Positions 1 through 9,620 of a DNA stretch of 64,000 nt are shown here, piece by piece (within the stretch, counting starts at the first letter, position 1; each line of letters opens with the position of its first letter). Source of the DNA: Sulfurospirillaceae bacterium (lineage in GTDB: Bacteria > Campylobacterota > Campylobacteria > Campylobacterales > Sulfurospirillaceae); contig JAWVXD010000002.1 in assembly GCA_033723415.1 (NCBI GenBank), positions 224,001-288,000 on the forward strand, written 5' to 3'. The notes below the pieces were generated by a model that did not search any database, was not told where the DNA came from, and saw only the letters and a program-made list of their open reading frames with translations. The position numbers were made by a program, and so were the translations under genes.

Positions 1-1
1 C

Positions 2-2863
2 TTCTCCGTAAGCTATATAGAAGAAATTTCTTCCATTAACACTCACGACATCCATACCGGCTGCACCGCCTGACCAACCTGCCAATTCTTCACTCCCAAA
101 CATAGAAGCATCTTGGAGTTTAAATCGTGCCAAGGCAACAGGACGTTGATCAAGTCCATTTTGCACCCAAATCTTAGTTGGATCTGTACCTTCTATCAAT
201 GGCGCGATCAAATCGGCAATCGCATAAGAAACGACTCCGAAGCTGTCATATGTAAAGAAAGCGTAGTTTCCTACTACCTTAACAACAACGCTTTTTCCAT
301 CCGCTTTGCCTACTTTATCACCTTCCATTTTGATTGGCTCAAACACTTTTACTAGTGTCATATTATGCTCATTGGTTACATCTATAACCCCTACTCCTTT
401 AGGTCCTGAAGCAGTCAATGCGTAAGTTTTACCTGTTGCAGCATTAGTCCAAAGTGCGACGCTTGATACACGACCGATATCAGGTGAAGAGTTAGTATCC
501 CCTCCGATATTACTTACTACATAACCACTAGTAGGATCGGTAGGATCTTTACTAAGATCATAAACAGTCAAACCGTTACTACCGTCTGCAGTAAATGCCA
601 ATGTGCCTTTCATTGCGACACCATAAGCATGATCTTGCATATGAAGGAAGTCGACTACGTTACCTGAATCAACATTATGTTCAAAGATATCCGTATCTTT
701 TGGATAAAGTAAAATAGGACCATCTGTTGTAGCTCCTTCTGGGAAACTGAGACGTCTCAAACCACGACTTTGCGACATGACCAAGGCTGACTGACTCGGT
801 ATATCTAAGACAACGTCATATGCATGTGGAACCGGATTGATCGTGATCGTTCCATTTACATCAACAGTCCCATTTTCATCAATGGTAACTGGATATTCAC
901 TTTGTAGTGTATTAGCTATCAAATGAACATTATCTGTTGGGATACAATCATCATCTGCTATTTTCCAAACTGACATACCGTGTGGTCCATCTGCTAAAAA
1001 TAATAAATTTCCGTATGCAGTAACTCCCTCAGAGTGTCCGATACTGATCTCCTGTGTTGCTGAACCATCAGGTGCAGCACCTATCTCATTTGTGGTTGGT
1101 ATATGTACAGGAACAGTATATGAATTATTAGCTTGAGAGCCTGTTATCACAACATCCACAAAACTTAATCCTCCAGCGCCTGATGCAGTGACAATATCTA
1201 CTCCACCAGAGGTAGATGCATCAAAGGTATTTGTAAGAGCCAATGCATTACCGTGACCGCTCAATTCACCGGTTGTTAAGAGAATCGGTGCTTCATGTAC
1301 AAATGTTGGGATCTCTTCGTCTCCTGATAAAACTGGTGTCATATCATAAGAGGTAACAAACTCATAATCTGGCCAGTGATCACCCAATGGTCCTTGAGAA
1401 TTATTGTTATATCCATTAAAGCCATTTGGACCGTGCCATTTTGTCCAAGGATCGTCAGCGTTGTCAATCACCATAAGTCCTGTAAAGTGATCTGTATAAT
1501 AAACTTTATTATTTGTTACATCAACCTTTACATCTATTACACCCGCATCTTTAAGTTTTCCTACACCAAAATACGGAAACAAACTCTTAGATTGCTGACC
1601 TGTTTCTTCGTCAGGTCCATGTGCCGGAGCAGCAGGAGCATAACCAAGAAATTTAGCATCTAGAAAACCTGTAGTATTACTACAGTTTGCATCTCTAGCT
1701 ACGGCAGTATCATATCCTGTAACATCTACAGCGACAAGACCGCCGAGTCCATAAGCTATATAGGCAATTGTCTTGCCTCCTAAATCTGCAACATCAACCT
1801 TAAGTGCATTATAATAATACTTGCCATATCGGTCAAAATCAGCCCAAGGTGTCGGAGCAATCACACTTCCGTGCCAAACATCCAGTATCTCAAAACTTGC
1901 CTGTTTATAATCCGGCATGCCTGTACATGAATCTAGATTTCCACTTTGGACTTCATTGGCAACATTCATATTTATAAACCAATCTTCACCTCGGTTGCGC
2001 TCACTTGCATCTGTATATAAGTTGTAGCGTCCAACTTTCTCAAGTGTTTTTGGATCATAGATTCCCATACCTAAAAATCCCTGAGCTACAAACAATCTAG
2101 TATTATTACCCTCCCCATAGAGAGTCATACTTAACGGACCGCCCCAAGGATTTTCACCTGCATACTGTAAAGTATAAACTTCTTGTTCTATCTTTAATGT
2201 ACCGTCATCTTCGCGTCCGTTTACGTTATCAAATAGGTTATTTAAAGCTGTTTTTTGGATTCCGTATCCTGAATCTCCTATGATCAATTGTAATGGAATT
2301 GAAGTATTGGCATCTTGATAAACGACAAGAGACGTAATCGGAGCACGTTTACTCGAAATATTATTATCGGCGACTATATCACCGCCACCTTCAGTCCATG
2401 ATATTCCGGTTTGATCATAATTGACTTTTACGCCATTTATTACAAGAGACATTGCAGCCGGGTTTGTAACATCAACAGCTGCTATACCTTCATCACCCAT
2501 AGCCAGAAGTGCATATTTCGTACCATCTGTGCCCGTCGCTATGGTTATATCTTTTATGTAACCTTTGACTTTTACAGAGTAGTCGGTACTCTTAGTAACT
2601 CCAACTTCTGTTGCATGTAGTTCATTTGCAATATTATACAGTGTCCATTCAACACCATCACTACTTAGAAGCTCAACCGATGTCGTAGCTCCGCCTATTC
2701 TAGTACTTGAGCTCATCGAAGCTTCCGTAGGAACATTACAAGTACTTAGTAATCCACTGTCGCCAGCACCACCACATCCAGATATAAAAAGCGAAACGCT
2801 TACTGATAATAGAATACCCAATAGTGTGGATGCTTTCCAATATTTGTTGTATAAAGTTTTCAT
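2..2863 (-). CDS. Large LVIVD-repeat (beta-propeller) lipoprotein, >954 aa, 3' end beyond the window
   Basis: Not in the ORF track (no stop inside the window). Manual translation from ATG 2863: MKTLYNKYWKASTLLGILLSVSVSLFISG-CGG (lipobox). Repeated LVIVD-like blades: KYALLAMGDEGIAAVDVTNP, IAYIAYGLGGLVAVDVTG, LLFLADGPHGMSVWKI, LAFTADGSNGLTVYDLS, YALTASGPKGVGVIDVTN. Confidence 0.85.
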   Translation of the reverse strand, partial: MKTLYNKYWKASTLLGILLSVSVSLFISGCGGAGDSGLLSTCNVPTEASMSSSTRIGGATTSVELLSSDGVEWTLYNIANELHATEVGVTKSTDYSVKVKGYIKDITIATGTDGTKYALLAMGDEGIAAVDVTNPAAMSLVINGVKVNYDQTGISWTEGGGDIVADNNISSKRAPITSLVVYQDANTSIPLQLIIGDSGYGIQKTALNNLFDNVNGREDDGTLKIEQEVYTLQYAGENPWGGPLSMTLYGEGNNTRLFVAQGFLGMGIYDPKTLEKVGRYNLYTDASERNRGEDWFINMNVANEVQSGNLDSCTGMPDYKQASFEILDVWHGSVIAPTPWADFDRYGKYYYNALKVDVADLGGKTIAYIAYGLGGLVAVDVTGYDTAVARDANCSNTTGFLDAKFLGYAPAAPAHGPDEETGQQSKSLFPYFGVGKLKDAGVIDVKVDVTNNKVYYTDHFTGLMVIDNADDPWTKWHGPNGFNGYNNNSQGPLGDHWPDYEFVTSYDMTPVLSGDEEIPTFVHEAPILLTTGELSGHGNALALTNTFDASTSGGVDIVTASGAGGLSFVDVVITGSQANNSYTVPVHIPTTNEIGAAPDGSATQEISIGHSEGVTAYGNLLFLADGPHGMSVWKIADDDCIPTDNVHLIANTLQSEYPVTIDENGTVDVNGTITINPVPHAYDVVLDIPSQSALVMSQSRGLRRLSFPEGATTDGPILLYPKDTDIFEHNVDSGNVVDFLHMQDHAYGVAMKGTLAFTADGSNGLTVYDLSKDPTDPTSGYVVSNIGGDTNSSPDIGRVSSVALWTNAATGKTYALTASGPKGVGVIDVTNEHNMTLVKVFEPIKMEGDKVGKADGKSVVVKVVGNYAFFTYDSFGVVSYAIADLIAPLIEGTDPTKIWVQNGLDQRPVALARFKLQDASMFGSEELAGWSGGAAGMDVVSVNGRNFFYIAYGE

Positions 2864-2888
2864 CTCAATCTACCCCCAAAGAGATCTT

Positions 2889-2935
2889 ATGACGGATGCA
2901 CTCTGAATAGGGTAATTTTCAGAGCGCATCCTCAT
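2889..2935 (-). other. Intergenic stem-loop between the two lipoprotein genes
   Basis: Minus strand ATGAGGATGCGCTCTGAA...TTCAGAGTGCATCCGTCAT. One position pairs as G-U only on the minus strand. No U-tract follows. Confidence 0.65.
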
Positions 2936-2958
2936 GTAAAATTACAACTGCTTGCTCC

Positions 2959-4077
2959 TTAAGGAGCAGTAACATTATTATCGTTCAAGGCTACAGCAGA
3001 TTGCACTAATAATCTACTGTTGATAATCGCACCGGTATTTGCTGTAACAGCTTGTTGTGCTAAGATCACGCCTTTAAACTGTGCAGTCGTACCAATTGAT
3101 ACGCCAATACCTCCGGCAACCTGCCAGAAAATATTTTTGGCTTGCGCGCCACCGCTAAGTGTTATAATCGCACCATTACCCACGGTGAGATTTCCACCTA
3201 TCTGAAAAATCCAGACATCGTTGGCTCCGCCATTAAGTGTTACACCTCCACTGTTGATCACAACATCTGATCCTGCATTATATAGACCTGGTGTAATCGT
3301 CAAACCTGTTATATCCGCAGCTAAAACTTGTGGAGCAGGAACTGTACGTCCGGCTGCATCAATATATGAGTTTTCCATGTTATTAACTGCCGTGCTCAAA
3401 ATAGATGGCGTCGGAGGTGTCATATCAGACGCGTATATATTTCCGGTAACTAGAGCAGACGTCGCATATGTACCGCTAGCATCAAGGGTTACATTAAACC
3501 CAAGCATATCAGATAGAGCAGCCGGACTAATACCTACATCACCGGTAATAGTTGTGTTCCCTGCTGTTATTATTGCTGTTTTTGCTAAAACAGTGTACAT
3601 ACCTGCAGTCCCAAGATTGACAGGATCAGGTCCTAATGCTATTGTTGTACCGGTTTTGAAGCTCCAAACATACTCAGTAGCTAAAGAAGCGGTACCTGTA
3701 GCATTTTGAACACCGGTACTAATTGTCGCAGTATATGTGGAATTACTGTCAAGATTAGCATCCGGTTTAAAAATCATCGTGCTGTTAACATAACTTACAG
3801 TGCCTGAAACTGTTGTCCCAGAAGATTGAGTAGGCCCTTTCTTCAATGTAAATGTTGTAGTATTCACGCTTAGAGGATCAAGTGCTACACTTAAGACAGC
3901 ATTTATATTTCTATTTAGTGGTACATCTGTAGCATTGATATCAGGAGTTGTATAAAGCACAGTGATTGATGAAGTAGTAGTTGAACTACCGCCGCCACCA
4001 CATCCTGTCATAAAAATAGCCACTATCAAAAGCATAGAGACCAAGACAATATGTGGAAGTTTTTGTAAGTATCGCAT
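2959..4077 (-). CDS. Lipoprotein with Ig-like (Big_5/SbsA-type) domain and DUF3494 ice-binding-family domain
   Basis: RBS AGGAGG precedes ATG 4077 (the ORF track starts at 4110). Lipobox FMTG-C. Ig domain TTPDINATDVPLNRNI...YVWSFKT. DUF3494 motifs VNLGTAG..VLAK, TITGDVGISP, PGLY, VWIFQIGGNLTV, GAQAKNIFWQVAG. Confidence 0.9.
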   Translation of the reverse strand: MRYLQKLPHIVLVSMLLIVAIFMTGCGGGGSSTTTSSITVLYTTPDINATDVPLNRNINAVLSVALDPLSVNTTTFTLKKGPTQSSGTTVSGTVSYVNSTMIFKPDANLDSNSTYTATISTGVQNATGTASLATEYVWSFKTGTTIALGPDPVNLGTAGMYTVLAKTAIITAGNTTITGDVGISPAALSDMLGFNVTLDASGTYATSALVTGNIYASDMTPPTPSILSTAVNNMENSYIDAAGRTVPAPQVLAADITGLTITPGLYNAGSDVVINSGGVTLNGGANDVWIFQIGGNLTVGNGAIITLSGGAQAKNIFWQVAGGIGVSIGTTAQFKGVILAQQAVTANTGAIINSRLLVQSAVALNDNNVTAP

Positions 4078-4254
4078 TCGATTCCTCCTTTCTGCGTGTT
4101 TAAAATACATTGATAGAATGTACTATCCATTGACTTGGATAAACAAAACCGAAAGAGCCTAGTTAAAAAACTCGGAGGTTTGAATTAAGACAACTCATTC
4201 ACATTTAAAGGTGCTGGAGATGTCTTGAAATAATCCAATCCACCTTATAAGATA

Positions 4255-4263
4255 ATTGTATCA
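4255..4263 (-). promoter_or_regulatory. Extended -10 promoter (TGaTACAAT) for the ice-binding gene
   Basis: Minus strand tttgTGATACAATt; the same string occurs upstream of glmM (about 51479-51487). Confidence 0.55.
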
Positions 4264-4494
4264 CAAATACTTAATTGGGAAAAATAATTAAATAATTAAA
4301 TTTTTGGGAAAATATAGAATGAATAAATTTCCCAATATTAGGTGTTTTTAGTGCAGTTTTTTTGATTTTAAATTTATACTTTCTTATAATTTATGTATAA
4401 ATGATGTTAATGGCATGTTAATGGATTTTGGCATTTTTTGATATTTTTTATTAAATAAAAGACTATTTACAATAATTTTATTTAATTTTAAGAT

Positions 4495-5019
4495 TTAGAT
4501 CTCATTTAAGACGTTTACCTTAAGCAAAATATCATCTGAATTTTTAAAATCAATATGAATTAGATATATATTTTTTTTAGAGTTAGATGATTTATATACT
4601 CTAAAACTATTTACTATGCCAAGATAATCTATATCAAAATCCCTATCAGTAGTACTTAATTCATAACTAGTAAACTTTCTAAGTGATTCTAATCTATACA
4701 GTTTCTTATCTTTGACTATATAAGTGATATAAGGGTTGAACCTTCTATGTATAGAATTTGAACTTTGCAAGAATACAACATCTTCATTTTTTTCTCGATT
4801 TTGTATCTCTATAGAAGAAGGTAAAGCCAGTGAAAAATCAAGAAATATAACTTTTCTCATTTTTTGAGTATTAACGACTCGCTGTACTTCGTTTTTTAAA
4901 ATTCTATTTGAAGAATTTAAAGTACCGTAACTTTCATACAGATAAGTCATCATGACTGTCAATATCGTGATTGAGATCATTAATTCTATAAGTGTAAAAC
5001 CTGCTTTACTTGATCTCAT
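4495..5019 (-). CDS. gspJ: T2SS minor pseudopilin, GspJ-like
   Basis: Prepilin motif AG|FTLIELMISI; last gene of the gsp cluster. Confidence 0.7.
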   Translation of the reverse strand: MRSSKAGFTLIELMISITILTVMMTYLYESYGTLNSSNRILKNEVQRVVNTQKMRKVIFLDFSLALPSSIEIQNREKNEDVVFLQSSNSIHRRFNPYITYIVKDKKLYRLESLRKFTSYELSTTDRDFDIDYLGIVNSFRVYKSSNSKKNIYLIHIDFKNSDDILLKVNVLNEI

Positions 5020-5447
5020 GGAATTCTCAACCTCAACAAAGATGTAGACGAGCCATCAACTTTAAGCACACTTTTGCCTGCTTCTAAAAACATATCCAGA
5101 TTATCGGTATCTTTTTGTTTGCTTAGATCTACTTGTTGAAGTTTTTGATAGATTAGTGTTGCTTTCGTATTTTTCAATTGTATTCTCAGCTTATCTTCTA
5201 ATCTAAAGTCTTTTAACAAATCGGAAAGATGTATATTTTTATTTTCAAAACCATAATCATCATGTGCTATGAGAAAAGAAGCATATTGATTCGTTCGAGA
5301 TTGTTTTTTGATTAAAGAAAATACGTGCGTATTGTTTGAATGCATCTGAAACAACGCAATTACAACAACTGAGATGATCATGACAGCTACCATAGCCTCT
5401 ATCAAAGTGAATGCTGCTCTACTCTTATCTATTTTTTTTTTAGCCAT
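5016..5447 (-). CDS. gspI: T2SS minor pseudopilin, GspI-like
   Basis: Prepilin motif AA|FTLIEAMVAV; size and context. Confidence 0.7.
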   Translation of the reverse strand: MAKKKIDKSRAAFTLIEAMVAVMIISVVVIALFQMHSNNTHVFSLIKKQSRTNQYASFLIAHDDYGFENKNIHLSDLLKDFRLEDKLRIQLKNTKATLIYQKLQQVDLSKQKDTDNLDMFLEAGKSVLKVDGSSTSLLRLRIP

Positions 5448-6954
5448 TTCCCAAACCTATACGAATCGCTTCTTCCAAAGAAGTTTCTCCGTCCAACAAC
5501 ATTTGCAATAATTGCTTATATAGCGTTCTTAGACCAGCTTTTTCAAGTGCAATTTGTATGGTGTGTTCATCTGTTGTTGACTTTAAGATATCACGTAAAT
5601 CATCATCCATGATCAAAAGTTCACCGATGGAACGACGACCGCTGTATCCACTATACCCGCATGCCTTGCAGCCTTTTGCTTTATAGATATTAGCATCTTT
5701 AGGAAGATTATAATCATCGGCAAACTCTTTTGCAACTGCATCCTCTTCTTTACAGTGAGTACACAAAATACGAACTAATCTTTGAGCAAGTATGCCTAAG
5801 AGTGAAGATGAGATCAAAAATGGTTCAACTTTCATATCAGCTAATCTTGATATAGTCGCTGCCGCTGAATTTGTGTGTAGCGTTGAAAATACTAGATGTC
5901 CTGTCAATGCTGCACGAACTGCTATGGCAGCTGTTTCTTCATCTCTAATCTCACCTATCATTATAACATCCGGATCCTGTCTTAAAATGGAACGAAGAGC
6001 TGTAGCAAACGTAAGTCCTACCTTATCATTGACCTGAATCTGGGAAATAGTATCTGACTTATATTCGACAGGATCTTCAACCGTCAAAATATTTTTTTCA
6101 GGAGAATCTATCTCTTTTATGAAAGAGTGAAGAGATGTCGTCTTTCCGCTCCCTGTAGGTCCTGTAACCAGTATGATCCCATGTGAAGCACGTAAAAGTT
6201 TTTTCATGTCATTTATAAGAGAATTATGAAATCCCAATTCTTCAATATGAGGTACCTGAGATCCCTGCATAAGAAGTCTCATAACAACTCTTTCTCCATA
6301 AAACGTAGGTAATATAGAGACACGGACATCCAAAGTCTCTCCTGCGATTTTGATTTGAGTTCGTCCATCTTGAGGAATTCTTTTCTCAGAGATATCAAGG
6401 TTTGATATAACTTTTATACGGCTTACTATAAGATTTACGACTTTTTTATCAAGATCGGCATTTTTAATCAGCATCCCATCGATCCTAAACCTGACTTCCC
6501 CACGTTTTTCTTGGACTTCTATATGAATATCCGATGCTCTTTTTTTGATCGCTTGATAAAAAAGAGCATTTACAAATTTGATAATAGGGGCGGATTCCTC
6601 TGATGTGAGGATATCAGAGGATGTCCTCAGGAAATCTGTCAAAGATATATCTTCTTCGCTCTCTGAGTGACCTTCTTCTTGCATCGTTTCCATGGTTTTA
6701 TCGGTACGAAGCTCTAAAAACCGGTTATATAATCTATCAAATGAATCTTCATCAAGTAAATTGATCGGATACCGGTTCTGTAGTTTTGAATAGTAGATAC
6801 TTGCTTGAGCCAAATATCTCTCACACACAAAAGCTCGAACCTCACCATCTAGTTCACTAAAAAGCAAATAGTTCTTGACGCTCAAATCAGTAGATAATTC
6901 TGCAGGTTCAAATACCTCAAGTTGTAAATTATGAATAGGTTCTAAATTTAACAT
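5440..6954 (-). CDS. gspE: T2SS ATPase GspE
   Basis: ASDIHIE, Walker A GPTGSGKT, LRQDPDVIMIGEIRD, tetracysteine CTHC/CKAC. Confidence 0.95.
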   Translation of the reverse strand: MLNLEPIHNLQLEVFEPAELSTDLSVKNYLLFSELDGEVRAFVCERYLAQASIYYSKLQNRYPINLLDEDSFDRLYNRFLELRTDKTMETMQEEGHSESEEDISLTDFLRTSSDILTSEESAPIIKFVNALFYQAIKKRASDIHIEVQEKRGEVRFRIDGMLIKNADLDKKVVNLIVSRIKVISNLDISEKRIPQDGRTQIKIAGETLDVRVSILPTFYGERVVMRLLMQGSQVPHIEELGFHNSLINDMKKLLRASHGIILVTGPTGSGKTTSLHSFIKEIDSPEKNILTVEDPVEYKSDTISQIQVNDKVGLTFATALRSILRQDPDVIMIGEIRDEETAAIAVRAALTGHLVFSTLHTNSAAATISRLADMKVEPFLISSSLLGILAQRLVRILCTHCKEEDAVAKEFADDYNLPKDANIYKAKGCKACGYSGYSGRRSIGELLIMDDDLRDILKSTTDEHTIQIALEKAGLRTLYKQLLQMLLDGETSLEEAIRIGLGNG

Positions 6955-6955
6955 T

Positions 6956-8815
6956 TTAGTTACTCTCTAAAACTTTATTTTTTTTCTTTTCAGATTTTTT
7001 CAATCCCTTTTCTTCTATTTTTTTGAACACTATCGAGTCGTATTTCTGCTGAAGATTAGCAACTATTCCCAACTCTTTTTGAAGTTGTGAAAGTTTTTCA
7101 CTTTTATCTATAACGTATGGAGTCAACACAACTATTAAGTTATCTTGTTCAATTGTATCGGTCGTAGATGAGAAAAGATACTTGCCAAATAAAGGTAAAT
7201 CTCCTAAAACAGGGACCTTACTGACAGATTTCATATCATAGTTCTTCACCAACCCACCGATTATGATACTCTCTCCATGACGTAATATAGCTTGAGTTTT
7301 AACTTCTTGTTTCGAGGTAACAGGCTGTTTTGTTGCATTGTTACTGCCATCGTCCAAAACATTTTCAAGTATTACCTCAACATCAAGAGTCACTTTGGCA
7401 GCTGATGAGACACGTGGCTTAATCTTTAGAGTCAAACCGACATCTTCTCTCTTATAACTACTTGTAAGCCCTGTACCTACTGTAGCTGCATTAGAGATAG
7501 TACCTGTGGAAAAAGACATCGTTTTACCTACATAGATAGATGATTCTTTATTATTTACACATAGTATTGATGGATTAGAAATTGATCTGGATGCCCCGTT
7601 TCTCTCTAAAAAATCCATAGCGGCACCAAGGGCAAAACCTGCTGTTACTCCGCTTCCTACCACAGAAGAGGCCAATTGATCACCAACAATACCGACTACA
7701 GGCTGACCACCAAAATTGGCAGCCAAAGAATAAAGACCCTCAGCAGATAAATTTGCGCCGTCAAATCCATATTTTATACCTAGATTTTTTGTATTGCTAC
7801 TTGAGATTTCTATAATTCTTGCCTTGACATAAACCTGGTATTTTTCCATATCAAGCTCATCAATAATATACTTTATCCCCTTTAAAACATTGGGTTCGCC
7901 AACTGCAATGATCCCATTTATATTTGTACTGGCAGAAATATTTGGTTTTAATGCCGGGTCTGAATATGTTCGCTTGGATATGATTTCTGTTAGACTCTCT
8001 AGTACTGACTTTGCATCAGAATTTTTAAGCTTAAAAATCTGCACGGTATTACTGACATTTGACTCTATGTCAAGTTTTTGTATCAAAGAGGCAATTACTT
8101 TTACATTCTCTTGGCTTCCTACAACAATAATGGAATTTAAATTTTCATCTAAAATTACTTTCACTTTCTGTGCAGCAACTTTTTCATTGAACAACAATTT
8201 TGATATAGCTTCTAATTTAGTCTGAAGTTTTTTTGCTTCTGCATATTTTATAGGTATAATCTTCACAACAGCCTGATTATTCGTATCTATCTCTTTGATG
8301 ACCTTTTTAATTGTTTCGATATTTTTTGGATAATCTGTGATTATGAGAGTATTACTCTCTTTGATACTCATAAGTTTTGCATTTTTAGAGTTCAGATGTC
8401 TTATCTTTGCGGCTATTATGTCCGAATTTTCACCTTTGACAGATATCGCCTGCGTGACCATCAAAGGTCCTTTGAGGCTTTTCCCAGGTTTCACAACTTT
8501 TACATTATTTTGAGCCACTTCATTAGAACGAATGATCTCATAAAGTGATCCATTTTCTACAAGAGTAAAACCTTTTGAATCTAAAACCGATATCAAGATA
8601 TCCATAAGCTCGTCATCATAAACAGGAGTAGCACTTATAAAATTAACTGTTCCTGTTATCTTGTTGTTCATTAAGATATTTTTATGTGTGATCTTTGATA
8701 CCAATTTGATAAAATCGTCTATCTGCAAATTTGAAAAGTTTATATTGACCTGTTCACGAGCTGACAAACTTACCACTAAAACAATAGCTAAAAAAATACT
8801 TTTAATTAATTTCAT
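6956..8815 (-). CDS. gspD: T2SS secretin GspD
   Basis: Signal peptide, N-domains, secretin C-terminus (REDVGLTLKIKP, IIIGGL, KVPVLGDLPLFG, LIVVLTPYVI). Confidence 0.93.
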   Translation of the reverse strand: MKLIKSIFLAIVLVVSLSAREQVNINFSNLQIDDFIKLVSKITHKNILMNNKITGTVNFISATPVYDDELMDILISVLDSKGFTLVENGSLYEIIRSNEVAQNNVKVVKPGKSLKGPLMVTQAISVKGENSDIIAAKIRHLNSKNAKLMSIKESNTLIITDYPKNIETIKKVIKEIDTNNQAVVKIIPIKYAEAKKLQTKLEAISKLLFNEKVAAQKVKVILDENLNSIIVVGSQENVKVIASLIQKLDIESNVSNTVQIFKLKNSDAKSVLESLTEIISKRTYSDPALKPNISASTNINGIIAVGEPNVLKGIKYIIDELDMEKYQVYVKARIIEISSSNTKNLGIKYGFDGANLSAEGLYSLAANFGGQPVVGIVGDQLASSVVGSGVTAGFALGAAMDFLERNGASRSISNPSILCVNNKESSIYVGKTMSFSTGTISNAATVGTGLTSSYKREDVGLTLKIKPRVSSAAKVTLDVEVILENVLDDGSNNATKQPVTSKQEVKTQAILRHGESIIIGGLVKNYDMKSVSKVPVLGDLPLFGKYLFSSTTDTIEQDNLIVVLTPYVIDKSEKLSQLQKELGIVANLQQKYDSIVFKKIEEKGLKKSEKKKNKVLESN

Positions 8816-9620
8816 AGACCAGCTCCTTATATTGATTATTTCTTTTTACTACGATTTGCATCGTTCTTATTTTACCTATATTTCTATATATGTCCAATGC
8901 GTCTTTATATGATTTCAAATCTATATTATTGGCGCGAATAATTATATCTCCGACACGAAGGCCCAAGTTTTGCATTTTTGATCCCATTCTGATATGAGTT
9001 ACTCTAAAACCTTCTATATTATTGCCGTTTTGAACTGCAATAATAGAAATGTCTCTCCAAATCTTATTTGGATTATTTGTATACTCATTGACATCCCTTC
9101 TGGATATTTCCATCTGAGTTTCAGATGATCCAGAAGATAAATTAGTTTGTTTGCTAATATTAGAACTTTCAATTTTCAAGATATAATCTTTGAATCCTTT
9201 TTTGAAAACTACGCTGTCATGCAAGATCGTTTTTAAAGTGTATCCTGAAAAATCTTCACCAACAGATATGATAGAGGTAATGTTTTGAGAAGATCTCAAA
9301 GCAACAACTGCAAAACCTTTTGATCCGATTCCATACAAGCCTTTTAAGACCATATTAGTTATACTAGCCCCTTCAGGTGCTGTCTTTATTTTATTTTGAG
9401 AAGATGTCTTTGAAGATGAAGGATCAAACATATTTTTAAAATCAACTTTTTGATATGACGGCATATAATTATGTTTTATTTGAAGTTCAACGCCTTCACT
9501 TGGTAAAAACCACCAAAGTGCCAAAGACAGAATTTTAGCTATAGCTAAAAGTATTAAAAGTTTAGTTAGAACTTTGACTATATAAGAATTAGAAAGACTG
9601 ATCATATCTATAGCCTCCAT
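8802..9620 (-). CDS. gspC: T2SS GspC-like protein with C-terminal PDZ domain
   Basis: N-terminal TM, HR-like region, PDZ (LGLRVGDIIIRANN). Start may be ATG 9605. Confidence 0.8.
   Translation of the reverse strand: MEAIDMISLSNSYIVKVLTKLLILLAIAKILSLALWWFLPSEGVELQIKHNYMPSYQKVDFKNMFDPSSSKTSSQNKIKTAPEGASITNMVLKGLYGIGSKGFAVVALRSSQNITSIISVGEDFSGYTLKTILHDSVVFKKGFKDYILKIESSNISKQTNLSSGSSETQMEISRRDVNEYTNNPNKIWRDISIIAVQNGNNIEGFRVTHIRMGSKMQNLGLRVGDIIIRANNIDLKSYKDALDIYRNIGKIRTMQIVVKRNNQYKELVYEIN

Noticed and set aside
113..3709. Short + strand ORFs (113-355, 1376-1663, 2411-2620, 3020-3205, 3221-3709)
   Set aside because: Antisense shadows of the two minus-strand lipoprotein genes.
4411..4445. Sigma54 promoter at the TGGCA motifs (also near 40415)
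   Set aside because: No GC at the required -12 spacing.
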